A stretch of 59,062 nucleotides of DNA, counting the filler, from Stramenopiles sp. TOSAG23-2 (lineage: Eukaryota), in NCBI GenBank assembly GCA_900128395.1. It is 6 parts of 6 records of this genome, joined end to end, with 100 filler letters (N's around TTAATTAATTAA, not from the genome) between each part and the next. Parts side by side here need not be neighbours in the genome. Positions count along the whole stretch, not along the records: positions 1 to 9,778 come from LT650078.1; positions 9,879 to 19,644 come from LT650079.1; 4 more parts are not named here. The stretch is one strand, 5' to 3'. Below the pieces are notes generated by a model, which saw nothing but the letters and a program-made list of their open reading frames with translations, had not been told where the DNA came from and did not search any database. Of this stretch, positions 1 to 10,578 are shown piece after piece (position 1 is the stretch's first letter; each line of letters opens with the position of its first letter). Position numbers and translations under genes: made by a program.

Positions 1-254
1 GGGTCTAATACTGTACTACTATTATAGGTATAAATACCTGGTAATATTATAATAAATACATCATATACACCATACACCACCCACAACAACGCTACAAAAA
101 AAAAGATGGAAAAATCAAATCAATCCAGCAATCTAATATTTATATATTTATATACACCACTCCTCTCAGTCATATCATATTTAATTCATGCATACCTAAC
201 AATATATATATAGATATAGATATATAAATTGACAAACTTATTATTTTTAATTAC

Positions 255-449
255 ATGGGAAACGAAACATCAATAAACAAAAAAAAAGACCCTTGTTATA
301 AAGTTCTTGGAGAGTATATCAAGTGTATGGAAGTGCATGAAGGAGTAAAGCCAGAATTATATGAACCAGAGTTTTGTACCATAGAAAAAGAAGCATATCG
401 TGATTGTCGAAGTCAGCTTAGTGGTAATAATCAGAAAGATATAAAATAA
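255..449 (+). CDS. Twin CX9C (CHCH-type) small protein, probably mitochondrial intermembrane space
   Basis: 64 aa with two exact C-x9-C motifs (C-YKVLGEYIK-C and C-TIEKEAYRD-C); ATG start. Confidence 0.75.
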   Translation: MGNETSINKKKDPCYKVLGEYIKCMEVHEGVKPELYEPEFCTIEKEAYRDCRSQLSGNNQKDIK

Positions 450-484
450 TAGTAGTAACATTGTCAAAAAATTAAAACAAAAAC

Positions 485-2674
485 ATGAGTATTATAAATA
501 ATAAAATTAACAACGCAAAATCACCTTTGCCATCCTTTTTAAGAAATACTGACTCGGCTGGTAAAAAGATTGCAATGTCGGAAATTAAAAACATTGCTAC
601 ACAAGTTGTCAAAGATCAAGGTATTTCCGACACAAAGGATTATATTCTTGTATATCTTCATTCAAGTGATTCAGTATGTGTCATGGGATCGTGTGATTTT
701 TGTTTATATGCTGGTTCAATTAGTGTACACGGGTTAACATTAAGAAAGCCAAATGCTCAATTTTATGCAATTAATTCGCCGCCACATTCTAGCTCATTAT
801 TGTTTTATCCACATGACAAAAACGAACATGATAATAAGCATCATAATACAATGTTGAAGAATGATAAAGCGAAAGAAATTTTACCAAGTAATATTATTTT
901 AAGTATTGAAAAGTTGATTCAAGACAATAGCAATGATGGAAGTAATAGTATTCAAGAGGGTGGAACAAGTATAAATCAATCATTCAGTGTTTTGATTTTC
1001 AAAGAAAACAAGGCTACTATTGGTTTAAATAAGGCCGTGGAAGCAAGATCATGGTTTCAAAGAAATCTATTGTCTAATTATAGTAATACAACAAGTATTA
1101 TGCATGGTTTTGCATTGATGTTACCAACAAATCAGGAAACAAATAGAAAGACAATAACAAAATATGTTGTTGCAATGCCACAATTATGGGAAGCATCTGT
1201 AAATACTATTTTAACTTCAGTTGCATCATCAACGATGAAAGGTAAGCAAATACATAACAATATTGATAAAGGTAATACAACTGTAGTATTATGTGGTGCA
1301 AAAAATGTTGGAAAATCCACATTAGGACGATATGTAGTAAATCGCTTTCTTTCATACTATCAAAAGCCTTTAAAGGGGGGAAATGTGAATACTACTACTA
1401 CTGACACTACCATGGATAGTGATTCTAGAGGGATGACTGCTCTGAAGAGCGTTGCATACATTGATACAGATCTGGGACAAACGGAGTTTACACCACCGGG
1501 TTTTGTGTCACTATTTTTATTGAAACAATTTGAACCAATGCTTGGACCAGCAATGCCATTCTGGCGACAACCAATATTGTCATATTATATAGGGGATGTA
1601 ACACCTCGCTCGTTTCCAGATTTGTATGTTGCTGCTGTGCAAAATTTAATCAAGAAATATCATGAATTGAAATTTCAACATGAAAGTAAGATGAACGGGC
1701 AACTATTGCCGTTGGTTTTGAATACTATGGGTTGGGTCAAAGGTCTGGGATTAGATTTGTTGAATCAAATAATTGCATTTTCTCAACCAAAGCATATTTT
1801 GCAAATTGTTGGTAATTCGGAGAAAAAACGATTTGCACTTTCGATTTCGGAAGAACAACGACAACGACAACAAAGCGCTGTAAATAATCATAACATTCAG
1901 GGTATAAATAGGAATTATAATATCAGAATCCACCAATTACAATCAAGAGCTGGAAATAAAACGCCTCAAAACAATAACAATAATACCAACAACAACAACA
2001 ACAACAACAGCAACAACAACAACAACAACAACAGCAGCAGCAAGAAGAACAACAACAACAATAATAACAACAATAAAAGTAAGAATCGTACACATGTACC
2101 ATTACGTACAGCAAGAGAATTGCGAGAAGAGCAAATATGTGCATACTTTTCGTACGTTGAAAATGATTTCAATTTAGATTTTTCCAATCGTGTATGTGGG
2201 GATATTGTAGAGCATCTTGTTAACCAACGACCTTATAAAGTTAATTGGAACTGTATTGCTATTAGTTTTCAATTTGATTGTGGTGATGAAATTGATACTT
2301 TAAATGGTAAAGATTTGTTTGATGCTCTGAATGGTACTCTTGTAGGATTAGGTTTATTGGATCAAGTTGATTTATCTTCCTCGAAATCTATCATGCGTTT
2401 AAAAGGATCACCACTATGTAAAAGTATAGGCTTAGGAATTATACGTGGAATTGATTATGAAAGAGAAATCTATTATATTTTATCACCTGTGCCGGAACGA
2501 ATGTTGAGAAATGTAAATGTTTTTATACGTGGTAAATTGAATTCCCCAGTAAAAATGATTCAATGGCGTTCTTGTCCAATTGAAGTTCCGTATTTATCAT
2601 CGGAAACCCTTCAACCACGTTCTCAACAAAAGTCGAATGTACGTGGTATGAAAAGAAGACGGTTAAATCAGTGA
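485..2674 (+). CDS. NOL9: Polynucleotide 5'-hydroxyl kinase NOL9/Grc3 (Clp1 family)
   Basis: Walker A CGAKNVGKST, DTDLGQTEFTPPG, LVLNTMGWVKGLG, and C-terminal ALNGTLVGL...GLGIIRGID...YYILSPV. Confidence 0.92.
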   Translation: MSIINNKINNAKSPLPSFLRNTDSAGKKIAMSEIKNIATQVVKDQGISDTKDYILVYLHSSDSVCVMGSCDFCLYAGSISVHGLTLRKPNAQFYAINSPPHSSSLLFYPHDKNEHDNKHHNTMLKNDKAKEILPSNIILSIEKLIQDNSNDGSNSIQEGGTSINQSFSVLIFKENKATIGLNKAVEARSWFQRNLLSNYSNTTSIMHGFALMLPTNQETNRKTITKYVVAMPQLWEASVNTILTSVASSTMKGKQIHNNIDKGNTTVVLCGAKNVGKSTLGRYVVNRFLSYYQKPLKGGNVNTTTTDTTMDSDSRGMTALKSVAYIDTDLGQTEFTPPGFVSLFLLKQFEPMLGPAMPFWRQPILSYYIGDVTPRSFPDLYVAAVQNLIKKYHELKFQHESKMNGQLLPLVLNTMGWVKGLGLDLLNQIIAFSQPKHILQIVGNSEKKRFALSISEEQRQRQQSAVNNHNIQGINRNYNIRIHQLQSRAGNKTPQNNNNNTNNNNNNNSNNNNNNNSSSKKNNNNNNNNNKSKNRTHVPLRTARELREEQICAYFSYVENDFNLDFSNRVCGDIVEHLVNQRPYKVNWNCIAISFQFDCGDEIDTLNGKDLFDALNGTLVGLGLLDQVDLSSSKSIMRLKGSPLCKSIGLGIIRGIDYEREIYYILSPVPERMLRNVNVFIRGKLNSPVKMIQWRSCPIEVPYLSSETLQPRSQQKSNVRGMKRRRLNQ
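1970..2075 (+). repeat. (AAC/AAT)n microsatellite encoding a poly-Asn tract in NOL9
   Basis: Visible aac/aat trinucleotide runs, in frame. Confidence 0.9.
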
Positions 2675-3036
2675 AAAAAATAAATATTTGTTTTTGTAAA
2701 ATAAAATTAACACATATATGCATAATAAAAAATATGATACTCGTATATATTTATACGAGTATGATATACTTTTTATATATTTTAACTTACGCATACTACG
2801 TATATTTAATATAAAAAATTTCTTTGAGTACACATAATTTATACGCGTATTAAACATATAGTATAAAAAACATATATTTTAGTTAAGCTTATATAAAAGT
2901 GTCAGCATTTTTATTATAATATATACAAGAAAAAAATAAAAAAATACGAAGTACGCGCGCGTAACATTTTTCTAATACGAAGTACGTTTGTATAAATATG
3001 ATGTACGATTATAAATTAATTATACTCCCACACCTT

Positions 3037-4293
3037 CTATACAGAAATACTATCCCTTTTTTCAATCATTGAAGCTGGCTTTATACCTTCAATATCAACA
3101 ATATCATTTCCTACTAATTCACTCAATTGTCTTGATTCAACGTCATCTGACTCATCGAAAGATGTTGCAATGTTTAAATATGCATCAAAATCTACAGCCT
3201 CCTTTGTTAAACTTCTCTTTATAGACTTAGCAATATTCATTTTATCATCTTCACTTAATAATGATTCGCCCAACCTATTTTTACCTTCGAGATCAAAACT
3301 AATTTTGCTTTCTTGCTCTTTGTCAGAACTAAATGTCCTTTTGCAGCAGTCACATTTACATTTAATAAAGAAACATATGCGTTTAAACGTTTTCTTATTT
3401 AAACGCTTTCTTACAAAACTATTTGTACCCCATATTCCAGCTGCTAAAAGACCCCCCATACAGGATCCTGAATATTCCGAAGAGACATCTAAAACCTTCA
3501 TCTCATCAGAGACGATATCATCTCTCAGCTTGAGAAACCATACGAAATTAACAACTAGGAAAATTACTGGTAAACACAGTAACTTTATAAATAATTGCCT
3601 AGTTGTCATTTTTAATTGTATATGGCAATTTTTAAAGGAACTGCTTTGAATAAAACACCATGTGAATGTTCCTAAGAATAGAATACCCAACGTGCTAAAT
3701 ACTGTTACCCAATGATACATCATTTTTCCATTACTAGCGTTTACTTTCATAGAACATACAAATGGATTTGGTGTACTCGTTCCAAAACCATGGTAATCAT
3801 TAATTGCAAGTATATTCAAACCTACTGCGAACGTCAAAAACAAAACATATGTCCGAAGCCGATGTGTTTTATAGGTTATTTGATACGACATACGTGACAT
3901 TCTAGTTCTTTTCATCTTTAGTTTATTTTGAAAGAGATCAAACCGTATCATTAAACAAGATTCTAACGACAAGAGAAATACAAGCCAACAATTCAACAAA
4001 TTTAAACCTACTAATGTAATGCCTTCAAGCTTACAAAATAGGTGACCATCTACTCTCTTTACATACGTAGACGGTAAAAGATATGTTACAGTAAGGTAAG
4101 AGTTTTGACAGGCATTGACAATCATTATAATACCAGTTAATACTACGTACGTATTCCCACTTTTTAACCACTTTTTACGTGTTTTAAATAATGCATATAT
4201 AACAATATAGCACATAATAGCCGACCAACAATTACATAAAATGATCAAATGATCATGTAAACTTTTATCTTTTGTTCCGGTTATTTTTCCCAT
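3037..4293 (-). CDS. 7-TM GPCR-like protein (cAMP-receptor/GCR1/GPR157-like)
   Basis: Seven hydrophobic segments; FCKLEG at the TM3 start, Cys in ECL2 (FVCSMK), KLLCLPVIF in TM6, GLLAAGIWGTN in TM7; C-terminal SISV resembles a PDZ ligand. Confidence 0.7.
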   Translation of the reverse strand: MGKITGTKDKSLHDHLIILCNCWSAIMCYIVIYALFKTRKKWLKSGNTYVVLTGIIMIVNACQNSYLTVTYLLPSTYVKRVDGHLFCKLEGITLVGLNLLNCWLVFLLSLESCLMIRFDLFQNKLKMKRTRMSRMSYQITYKTHRLRTYVLFLTFAVGLNILAINDYHGFGTSTPNPFVCSMKVNASNGKMMYHWVTVFSTLGILFLGTFTWCFIQSSSFKNCHIQLKMTTRQLFIKLLCLPVIFLVVNFVWFLKLRDDIVSDEMKVLDVSSEYSGSCMGGLLAAGIWGTNSFVRKRLNKKTFKRICFFIKCKCDCCKRTFSSDKEQESKISFDLEGKNRLGESLLSEDDKMNIAKSIKRSLTKEAVDFDAYLNIATSFDESDDVESRQLSELVGNDIVDIEGIKPASMIEKRDSISV

Positions 4294-4589
4294 AATGTTT
4301 GTTATTTGGACGATGATAATGAGAATGAGTAAGATGCTACTATAAATATTAATATATAATACGTATATATATATATATATATGTTTAGTCCATCCTACTA
4401 CTACTCTCTGTTTTTATCTTTTTTAATATCTAGTCTATGTATGTGCAGATACAGTACAGTATACCAGACCAGGTAGTTGCAGTGTTGCAGTAGCGGATCC
4501 AAGATAAAAGATCCAACAACCCAAGTAACTAAATTACTAGACTAGTACTATACCAGCAGTGTGGGCTGGGTGGGTGGCCTTCTGGCCTA

Positions 4590-4631
4590 CAAAAAAATCT
4601 TGATGAAGTGCAAAAAAATCTAGATGAAGTG
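4590..4631. repeat. 21-bp tandem repeat x2 (caaaaaaatctWgatgaagtg) in a divergent promoter region
   Basis: Copies at 4590-4610 and 4611-4631 differ by one base. Confidence 0.9.
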
Positions 4632-4981
4632 CTGGAACTGAAACCATAAATCAGTAAATTCTCTTATGCTAGCCGGGCCAACATGCCAGCATTGATCTAT
4701 AGCGGGCTACAGACAGGACAGCATGCTAGCTAGCTAGACTATATATTCTAGCATGCTCTAGCGGCCTATACCACTACGCGTACTGGTGGTAGCCGCCTAC
4801 TTCTGACAACATTCTCTTTATAGATGATGGCCACACATGGAAAATATATAATTATAAATATTATATACTCTATTGCAAGAAATACAACATGTAGAATAGT
4901 ATGTTGTGTAAATATATAATTTATGTTGATAATCAGATATAATAACACTTACCACCTGGTGGTAGGAGAGAGTCATTGAAG

Positions 4982-6466
4982 ATGAACAATAATACAGAGC
5001 TTCCATTGAAACGACAACGTCGTTTTACATCGAGAAGCAAATCACCTGAAATAACACATAAAGAAAAACGATTTATATCCAGAAGCAACTCGGCTGAAAG
5101 ATATAATGATAATGATAAAACAAGAAATAATAATGATAATAATGGTGTAACTGGAAATGACAAAGATATAAATAAAAACAATAATAACTATTCAAAAGCA
5201 TCCAGAAGTAGTGTCTTGGAAATAACCGATGAAGGAGAAATGTTATTATGTCGTGATTGCTCGACAAAGTTTTGTTTTACAAATGGGGAACAAGATTTTT
5301 ATAAAGAAAAAGGATTTAATAATAAACCAAGTCGGTGTAAAGAATGTCGTATAATAGCAAGAAATGCTAGAGATAATAATAATATGGATGGTGGTGGTGC
5401 TGGTGGTGGTGGTGGAAGACGTAATGTTAATAATGCGCCTGCCTGGATGAAAGATGGGGATGGTAATAATGGGCGTACTAGTACTGATAATTATGCAAGT
5501 AGAAATAATAACAATGTTCAAAGAAGATGGAGTGATAGAAGGGATGGGAATGATAATAATCGATATCAAAACAACAACAGACAATTTAATCATAGACGAG
5601 GTGGATTTTTGAATGAAACGGAATTACATCGTAGAAGAGAAATTCGTTTAAATACGCCATTGTCAAAAACTTCGATTTGGGTTTCAAGCGGTCCAGAATT
5701 TGATGATAATGATAGTAGTGATTCTGATGATGAAGTTGATATACGTAGTTTGAAAAAGAAAAAAAGTAAAAAATCAAAGAAGAAAAAAAAAAAGAAAAAG
5801 AAGAAAAAGAAGAAAAAGAAGAAAAGAAGTGGTAGAAAAAGAAAGCGCAGTTTATCTAATTCAAGTAGTAGTAGCAGCAGTAGTAGTAGCAGCAGCAGCA
5901 GCAGCAGTAGCAGCAGTAGTAGTAGTGATAGTGATAGTTCGTCTGATGAGGATAATAATGATTTTATACGAACAACAGGCAATAGTTCTGATATAATTTC
6001 TAGTAATGTAAATTTGAATAATATAAATAATAATAACAGTAACAATACCCCGGCAATTGTCGTGGGGGATTATAATTCATCTGACGATGATATTGGACCG
6101 AAACCCGTTGTAGTGGAGGGTGAATCTAGCATTGCTAATGCAAAAGCTGATTATGGTCAAGCATTATTAGCAGGTGAAGGTTCTGCGATGGCACAATATG
6201 TACAAAAAGAAATGCGTATACCAAGACGTGGTGAAGTTGGATGGTCCTCGACTGAAATTGATCAATTTGAAGATTTAGGATATGTTATGAGTGGTAGTAG
6301 GCATGCACGTATGACCGCTGTACGTTTACGAAAAGAAAATCAAGTTTTAAGTGCAGAAGATAAGCGTACTATGGCATTGTTGGCATTGGAAGAACGTAAA
6401 AAGAAAGAAACTGAATTGCTTGGTGAATTTAGAAGCATGATACAAGAACAAATTAGTGAAAAATGA
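4982..6466 (+). CDS. NKAP: NKAP-like splicing factor with an N-terminal CxxC zinc ribbon
   Basis: C-terminal [30 protein letters not shown]...[23 protein letters not shown] is the NKAP C-terminal domain; poly-K and poly-S tracts; first ATG at 4982. Confidence 0.9.
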   Translation: MNNNTELPLKRQRRFTSRSKSPEITHKEKRFISRSNSAERYNDNDKTRNNNDNNGVTGNDKDINKNNNNYSKASRSSVLEITDEGEMLLCRDCSTKFCFTNGEQDFYKEKGFNNKPSRCKECRIIARNARDNNNMDGGGAGGGGGRRNVNNAPAWMKDGDGNNGRTSTDNYASRNNNNVQRRWSDRRDGNDNNRYQNNNRQFNHRRGGFLNETELHRRREIRLNTPLSKTSIWVSSGPEFDDNDSSDSDDEVDIRSLKKKKSKKSKKKKKKKKKKKKKKKKRSGRKRKRSLSNSSSSSSSSSSSSSSSSSSSSSSDSDSSSDEDNNDFIRTTGNSSDIISSNVNLNNINNNNSNNTPAIVVGDYNSSDDDIGPKPVVVEGESSIANAKADYGQALLAGEGSAMAQYVQKEMRIPRRGEVGWSSTEIDQFEDLGYVMSGSRHARMTAVRLRKENQVLSAEDKRTMALLALEERKKKETELLGEFRSMIQEQISEK

Positions 6467-6843
6467 ATGAAGGAGTGTAGTGTTGCAGAAATTAAAATAA
6501 TATTTTAAAAGCTTTAACCAAAAAGAAGTCTTTTTTTGCTTTAACAACATAAAAATAATTTCTACAACAATAAACCTTATTATATTATAGCATGGGAATA
6601 CAAAGTGGTCTGTTTTGACAAATCACATCACTTCACGTAGACATGATGGCCATATAAACTGCAGTTTTAAATAAAAAAACATACACATCTCATTAATAAT
6701 CACATGTAAAAATACATCATATTAGACATTAGACATTATATACATACTCGTACGTAGATAGATAGATCATTTATCAAATGAAACTTGAAAAAAAATTATC
6801 AAAAAGGAATTGATTTGAATTTTCTACATTTAAATAAAATACC

Positions 6844-7782
6844 ATGAAATCAATAGCTTTATATCTATTTTTGGTATGTATTATATTATTTGTTTTGGAA
6901 ACAAATTCATATGGTCAAAATGAAATAGTTACAACGTTGGGACAGCGAATATTAAGTAATGCCGTAGCAAAACCGCCAGGATATCACGACATCACGCCTC
7001 CCAAACTAATGTTTACTCGTAGTGATGGAAGACCAGCCTTGTATGTTGAAACGTTAAATAATCCTTTGCCAGGAAATGGTGTTCCAAATAATAATTTTCC
7101 CCCTGTACTTAACGTATTGGCAACTGTACAAACTGTCACGATGCATTTATGGATTTCAGATGATTTTTCCGGTTGCAAAACTGTAGAAATTATGACTTCT
7201 GGCCGTGACGGGTCTGATACTTCTTCTATCATGCGACAGTCTGGGCCAGAGTCGCCTGCATATGGCTACACTTCCACACGCCTGAATGGTAGGTGGGAAC
7301 TTCAAAAGGCTATACCGGCACTTTCTGCAAATGGCACGTGGGCAATTAGTTTCATACGTTTAACCGATCTTCAGGGAAATCGGTATACATATAATGAACA
7401 GGAATTAATTGATAATGGTGTTAATACTAAATATCAAGTTGTATCGGCCTTATGTATGACGTCTCCATGGTTATGTCCTGAATATAGGCAGCTGCAAGAT
7501 TTAGTTAACAAAGATGATGAGCGTAATAATAGGCAAAGTTGGATTTATTATTATTATCGTCAAGTATGGTACAATCCAAGTGAACCTATAGGTAGTATTC
7601 AAAAGGCTGGGACATTTATTGGTTTCGACAAAGCGGCGGAGGTGGAAAGTGTTATACAATCAAAAGGAGCTGAGTCAGAAGAAGCAGCAAAATTAAATAA
7701 ACAAATTTTCGGCACTTGGCCAGATAGGAGAAGGCGAATGGTTGCATATGGTGGTGGTGGATCAAGTGGCAATGAGAAATAA
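6844..7782 (+). CDS. Secreted protein of unknown function with a probable beta-sandwich domain
   Basis: 312-aa ORF; signal peptide MKSIALYLFLVCIILFVLETNS; beta-rich core ISDDFSG...NGRWELQKAIPALSANGTWAISFIRLTDLQGN. Confidence 0.75.
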   Translation: MKSIALYLFLVCIILFVLETNSYGQNEIVTTLGQRILSNAVAKPPGYHDITPPKLMFTRSDGRPALYVETLNNPLPGNGVPNNNFPPVLNVLATVQTVTMHLWISDDFSGCKTVEIMTSGRDGSDTSSIMRQSGPESPAYGYTSTRLNGRWELQKAIPALSANGTWAISFIRLTDLQGNRYTYNEQELIDNGVNTKYQVVSALCMTSPWLCPEYRQLQDLVNKDDERNNRQSWIYYYYRQVWYNPSEPIGSIQKAGTFIGFDKAAEVESVIQSKGAESEEAAKLNKQIFGTWPDRRRRMVAYGGGGSSGNEK

Positions 7783-8460
7783 AAGGATAAAAACATATTT
7801 CTTAATATTTCTTAAATTATTATAACACTATTTACAATTAAAACTCGCATATTTTCCATCAAATTTCATCATATTTAACATTTTTGACCTAAATTTTAGT
7901 ATTTCATTGTTATGATGATGGATTTTTCATTTCATTACAAGAAAATAAAGGAAAAACATTGAAAATACCTTTTTAAACTTAGGCTCCACTAGTATACCAT
8001 TTTTCCTATCAATTGGCAAAATAATTTTGACATTTCTTGTTTTCAGAAATTAGGGATAGCAGAATTTCTGGCATCAAATTTTTACACTAAAATTTGTACT
8101 TAAATAAATTATTAATTTACAGAAATGACTAAAATAAACTATAAAATTCATAGAAATCATTAAATTATAAAAATATCCATTTTTTAAAACACAAAATACA
8201 TGTAAAAATTACATCGTCATTTTAACAATTTCATCCTTTTCATACAATAATATATAAATACCACCAAATATGAAATCATACAAAATATCATATTTTAAAT
8301 GGAAATGTCATTTTTTACATAAATTGTAAATATCGTTTTTGGAATATTCAATCCTATCAAAAAATCAATAACTATTTTTGTACTAAATTGTGTAAGACAG
8401 AGCCGACACTACAAGTGAAAAGGACATATTAAGTAGTGTAACATCTATAGGGTTACGCGT

Positions 8461-8842
8461 TTTTTTCAAATTAGTATGGACATAGGCTGGACTAAAAATG
8501 GAAAATTTGAAAATTACAAAAGGTAGTTTATTGTGTATAAATACACATGACTTTAGCAAAGTAAGTATCCACGATCAATTTATATATGTTTGGTAATAAT
8601 CTATCAAGTAGAGTTACAGCTATAGGGTTACGCGTTTTTTTCAACTTTTAACGGTAATTCAAATGTGAATTAGATACAATAATATTGAGATATCTAGTAT
8701 ATTTATTATCAAACATATCAAAATTAATCATGGATACTTATTTTGGTAAAGTCATGTATTTTTATATCCAAAAAACTACCTTTTATAATTTTGAAATTTT
8801 CCATTTTTAGTCCATACTATGTCCATACTAATTTCAAAAAAA
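8461..8842. repeat. Long imperfect inverted repeat (about 140-bp arms, about 100-bp spacer), foldback/MITE-like
   Basis: Reverse complement of 8461-8599 aligns to about 8703-8842, roughly 85-90% identical by eye. Confidence 0.9.
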
Positions 8843-8999
8843 ATCACCATTTTGAAAAAATTTCGTTACCTTGTCAGTTTCATTTAAAACATAATTAGAT
8901 CAAAATATTCATGTACTTCTTTCCTTTAGACATGTGTTGAGAGATGTGTCTTATTTCGAATTAATTCGTAGAAGATTTAGATAGAAAAAATCGACACAT

Positions 9000-9556
9000 T
9001 CTATTTTGGCGATATTTCTGATAATTTTCCAATATTTTGGTCATTTTTTGGTCTCTAACCCTAAACTAACCCGATCTTGAAAATCACATATCGGTGTGAA
9101 GCTCGACTTATACGTGATGTATGGACATGAGAACGGTCGGGGATTGTTCAGGTGATCAGTATACGACTTTTAGGTCTTGGTTTCAGCTTTGTATATAATA
9201 GGAAAGTGTAGAAATAGCATTTGTGTGAGTGTATGTTGGTGCTGAAAAATAGAGTGAGAGGTCCCGTCATGTACGGGATCTATTTTGGTGATATTTCTGA
9301 TAATTTTCCAATATTTTGGTGATTTTTTGGTCTCTAACCCTAAACTAACCCGATCTTGAAAATCACATATCGGTGTCAAGCTCGACTTATATTCGGTGTA
9401 TGGACAAGAGAACGGTCGGGAATTGTTTAGGTGATCAATATATGACTTTGAGGTCTTGGTTTCAGCTTTGTATATAATAGGAAAGTGTAGAAATGGCATT
9501 TGTGTGAGTGTATGTTGGTGCTGAAAAATAGAGTGAGAGGTCCCGTCATGTACGGG
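9000..9556. repeat. 279-bp tandem direct repeat, two diverged copies
   Basis: ctattttgg starts at 9001 and 9280; both units end in cccgtcatgtacggg; scattered substitutions between copies. Confidence 0.95.
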
Positions 9557-9778
9557 TATGACCCCGCAATGCTAAGTAGTGCTAGCATCTCTAACCCTAA
9601 CGTAAATGATCAAAATGAACGATATTTTTAGTAAGCATGGTTCTACACTTAAACTGCCAAGACCACGATCTAAAAACATTATATACGTAACAAATAACGG
9701 ATATACAACGTTTCAAGGTCTAATTTGAATAACTTCAATGAAAGTTTTCAACCTTTCATGATTTTCACCATTTCGATG

Positions 9779-9878
9779 NNNNNNNNNNNNNNNNNNNNNN
9801 NNNNNNNNNNNNNNNNNNNNNNTTAATTAATTAANNNNNNNNNNNNNNNNNNNNNNNNNNNNNNNNNNNNNNNNNNNN
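9779..9878. other. Artificial contig spacer N44-TTAATTAATTAA-N44
   Basis: Identical 100-bp spacer occurs five times in the window. Confidence 0.98.
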
Positions 9879-10578
9879 GAACTAGGACTTTTTTCCCAAC
9901 TAATTGTTCTGGATCTTGTCTTATAAATCCATCTTGTAATTTAAATATTTTACGTGGCCATGACATATTGTATATATATATGAAACACCAATATATTAAC
10001 CTGCTGCATATATATATATTGATATTGGTATGACATATCTTGATGCATGTACCTCGTAATCACATCTGTATATTTCTTTTTAATTTCAGTGGGAATAAAT
10101 AGTGTATTTATTCATAAAAATTATTCATTTTTTTTTATTGTTGTGTATAATAAAAATGTGTCCATCATCAACAAAACATCCATTTTAAAACAAGCTAGAG
10201 CTAGTGATATATTCATACGGTATGAGTATACATTATGAGTATACTCTACTATAGGAGATATGTAGCATGAACATACCATCACATTACGAATTGTATAATA
10301 CCTTATTTTATGTGGTTCAAAAAGGTGCATTAATGTAAATGAATGGACATATATACACATATCTATGTACATATATTTAATATATTATACACATGTGTAA
10401 GAGGATGTGGGAGAGAGAGAGAAATAAAGAGTATGATATTAATATATTATATATTAATAATTATTTGAATTGCAATTCATCGTATCTTTTAATCATATAT
10501 TAAAATATAAAAGAGGATACGCATGTACAAATCATACCGTCTTTGTTGTACCATATATCAATCCACATAAATAAAACC

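Noticed and set aside
1923-2187. Poly-Cys and poly-Leu ORFs on the minus strand
   Set aside because: Antisense readings of the (AAC)n tract in NOL9; the same applies to 5590-6045, 11246-11455 and other shadow ORFs inside long genes.
9170-9499. 109-aa ORF with a repeated peptide
   Set aside because: By-product of the 279-bp (93-codon) tandem repeat; the frame closes in the other copy and no protein motif is seen.
9000-9556. CRISPR array
   Set aside because: Two long contiguous units with no short repeat/unique spacer alternation, no cas genes, eukaryotic context.
9823-9834. TTAATTAATTAA recurring about every 9.86 kb as a periodic biological element
   Set aside because: It is embedded in fixed N runs and is an artificial linker with stops in all frames.
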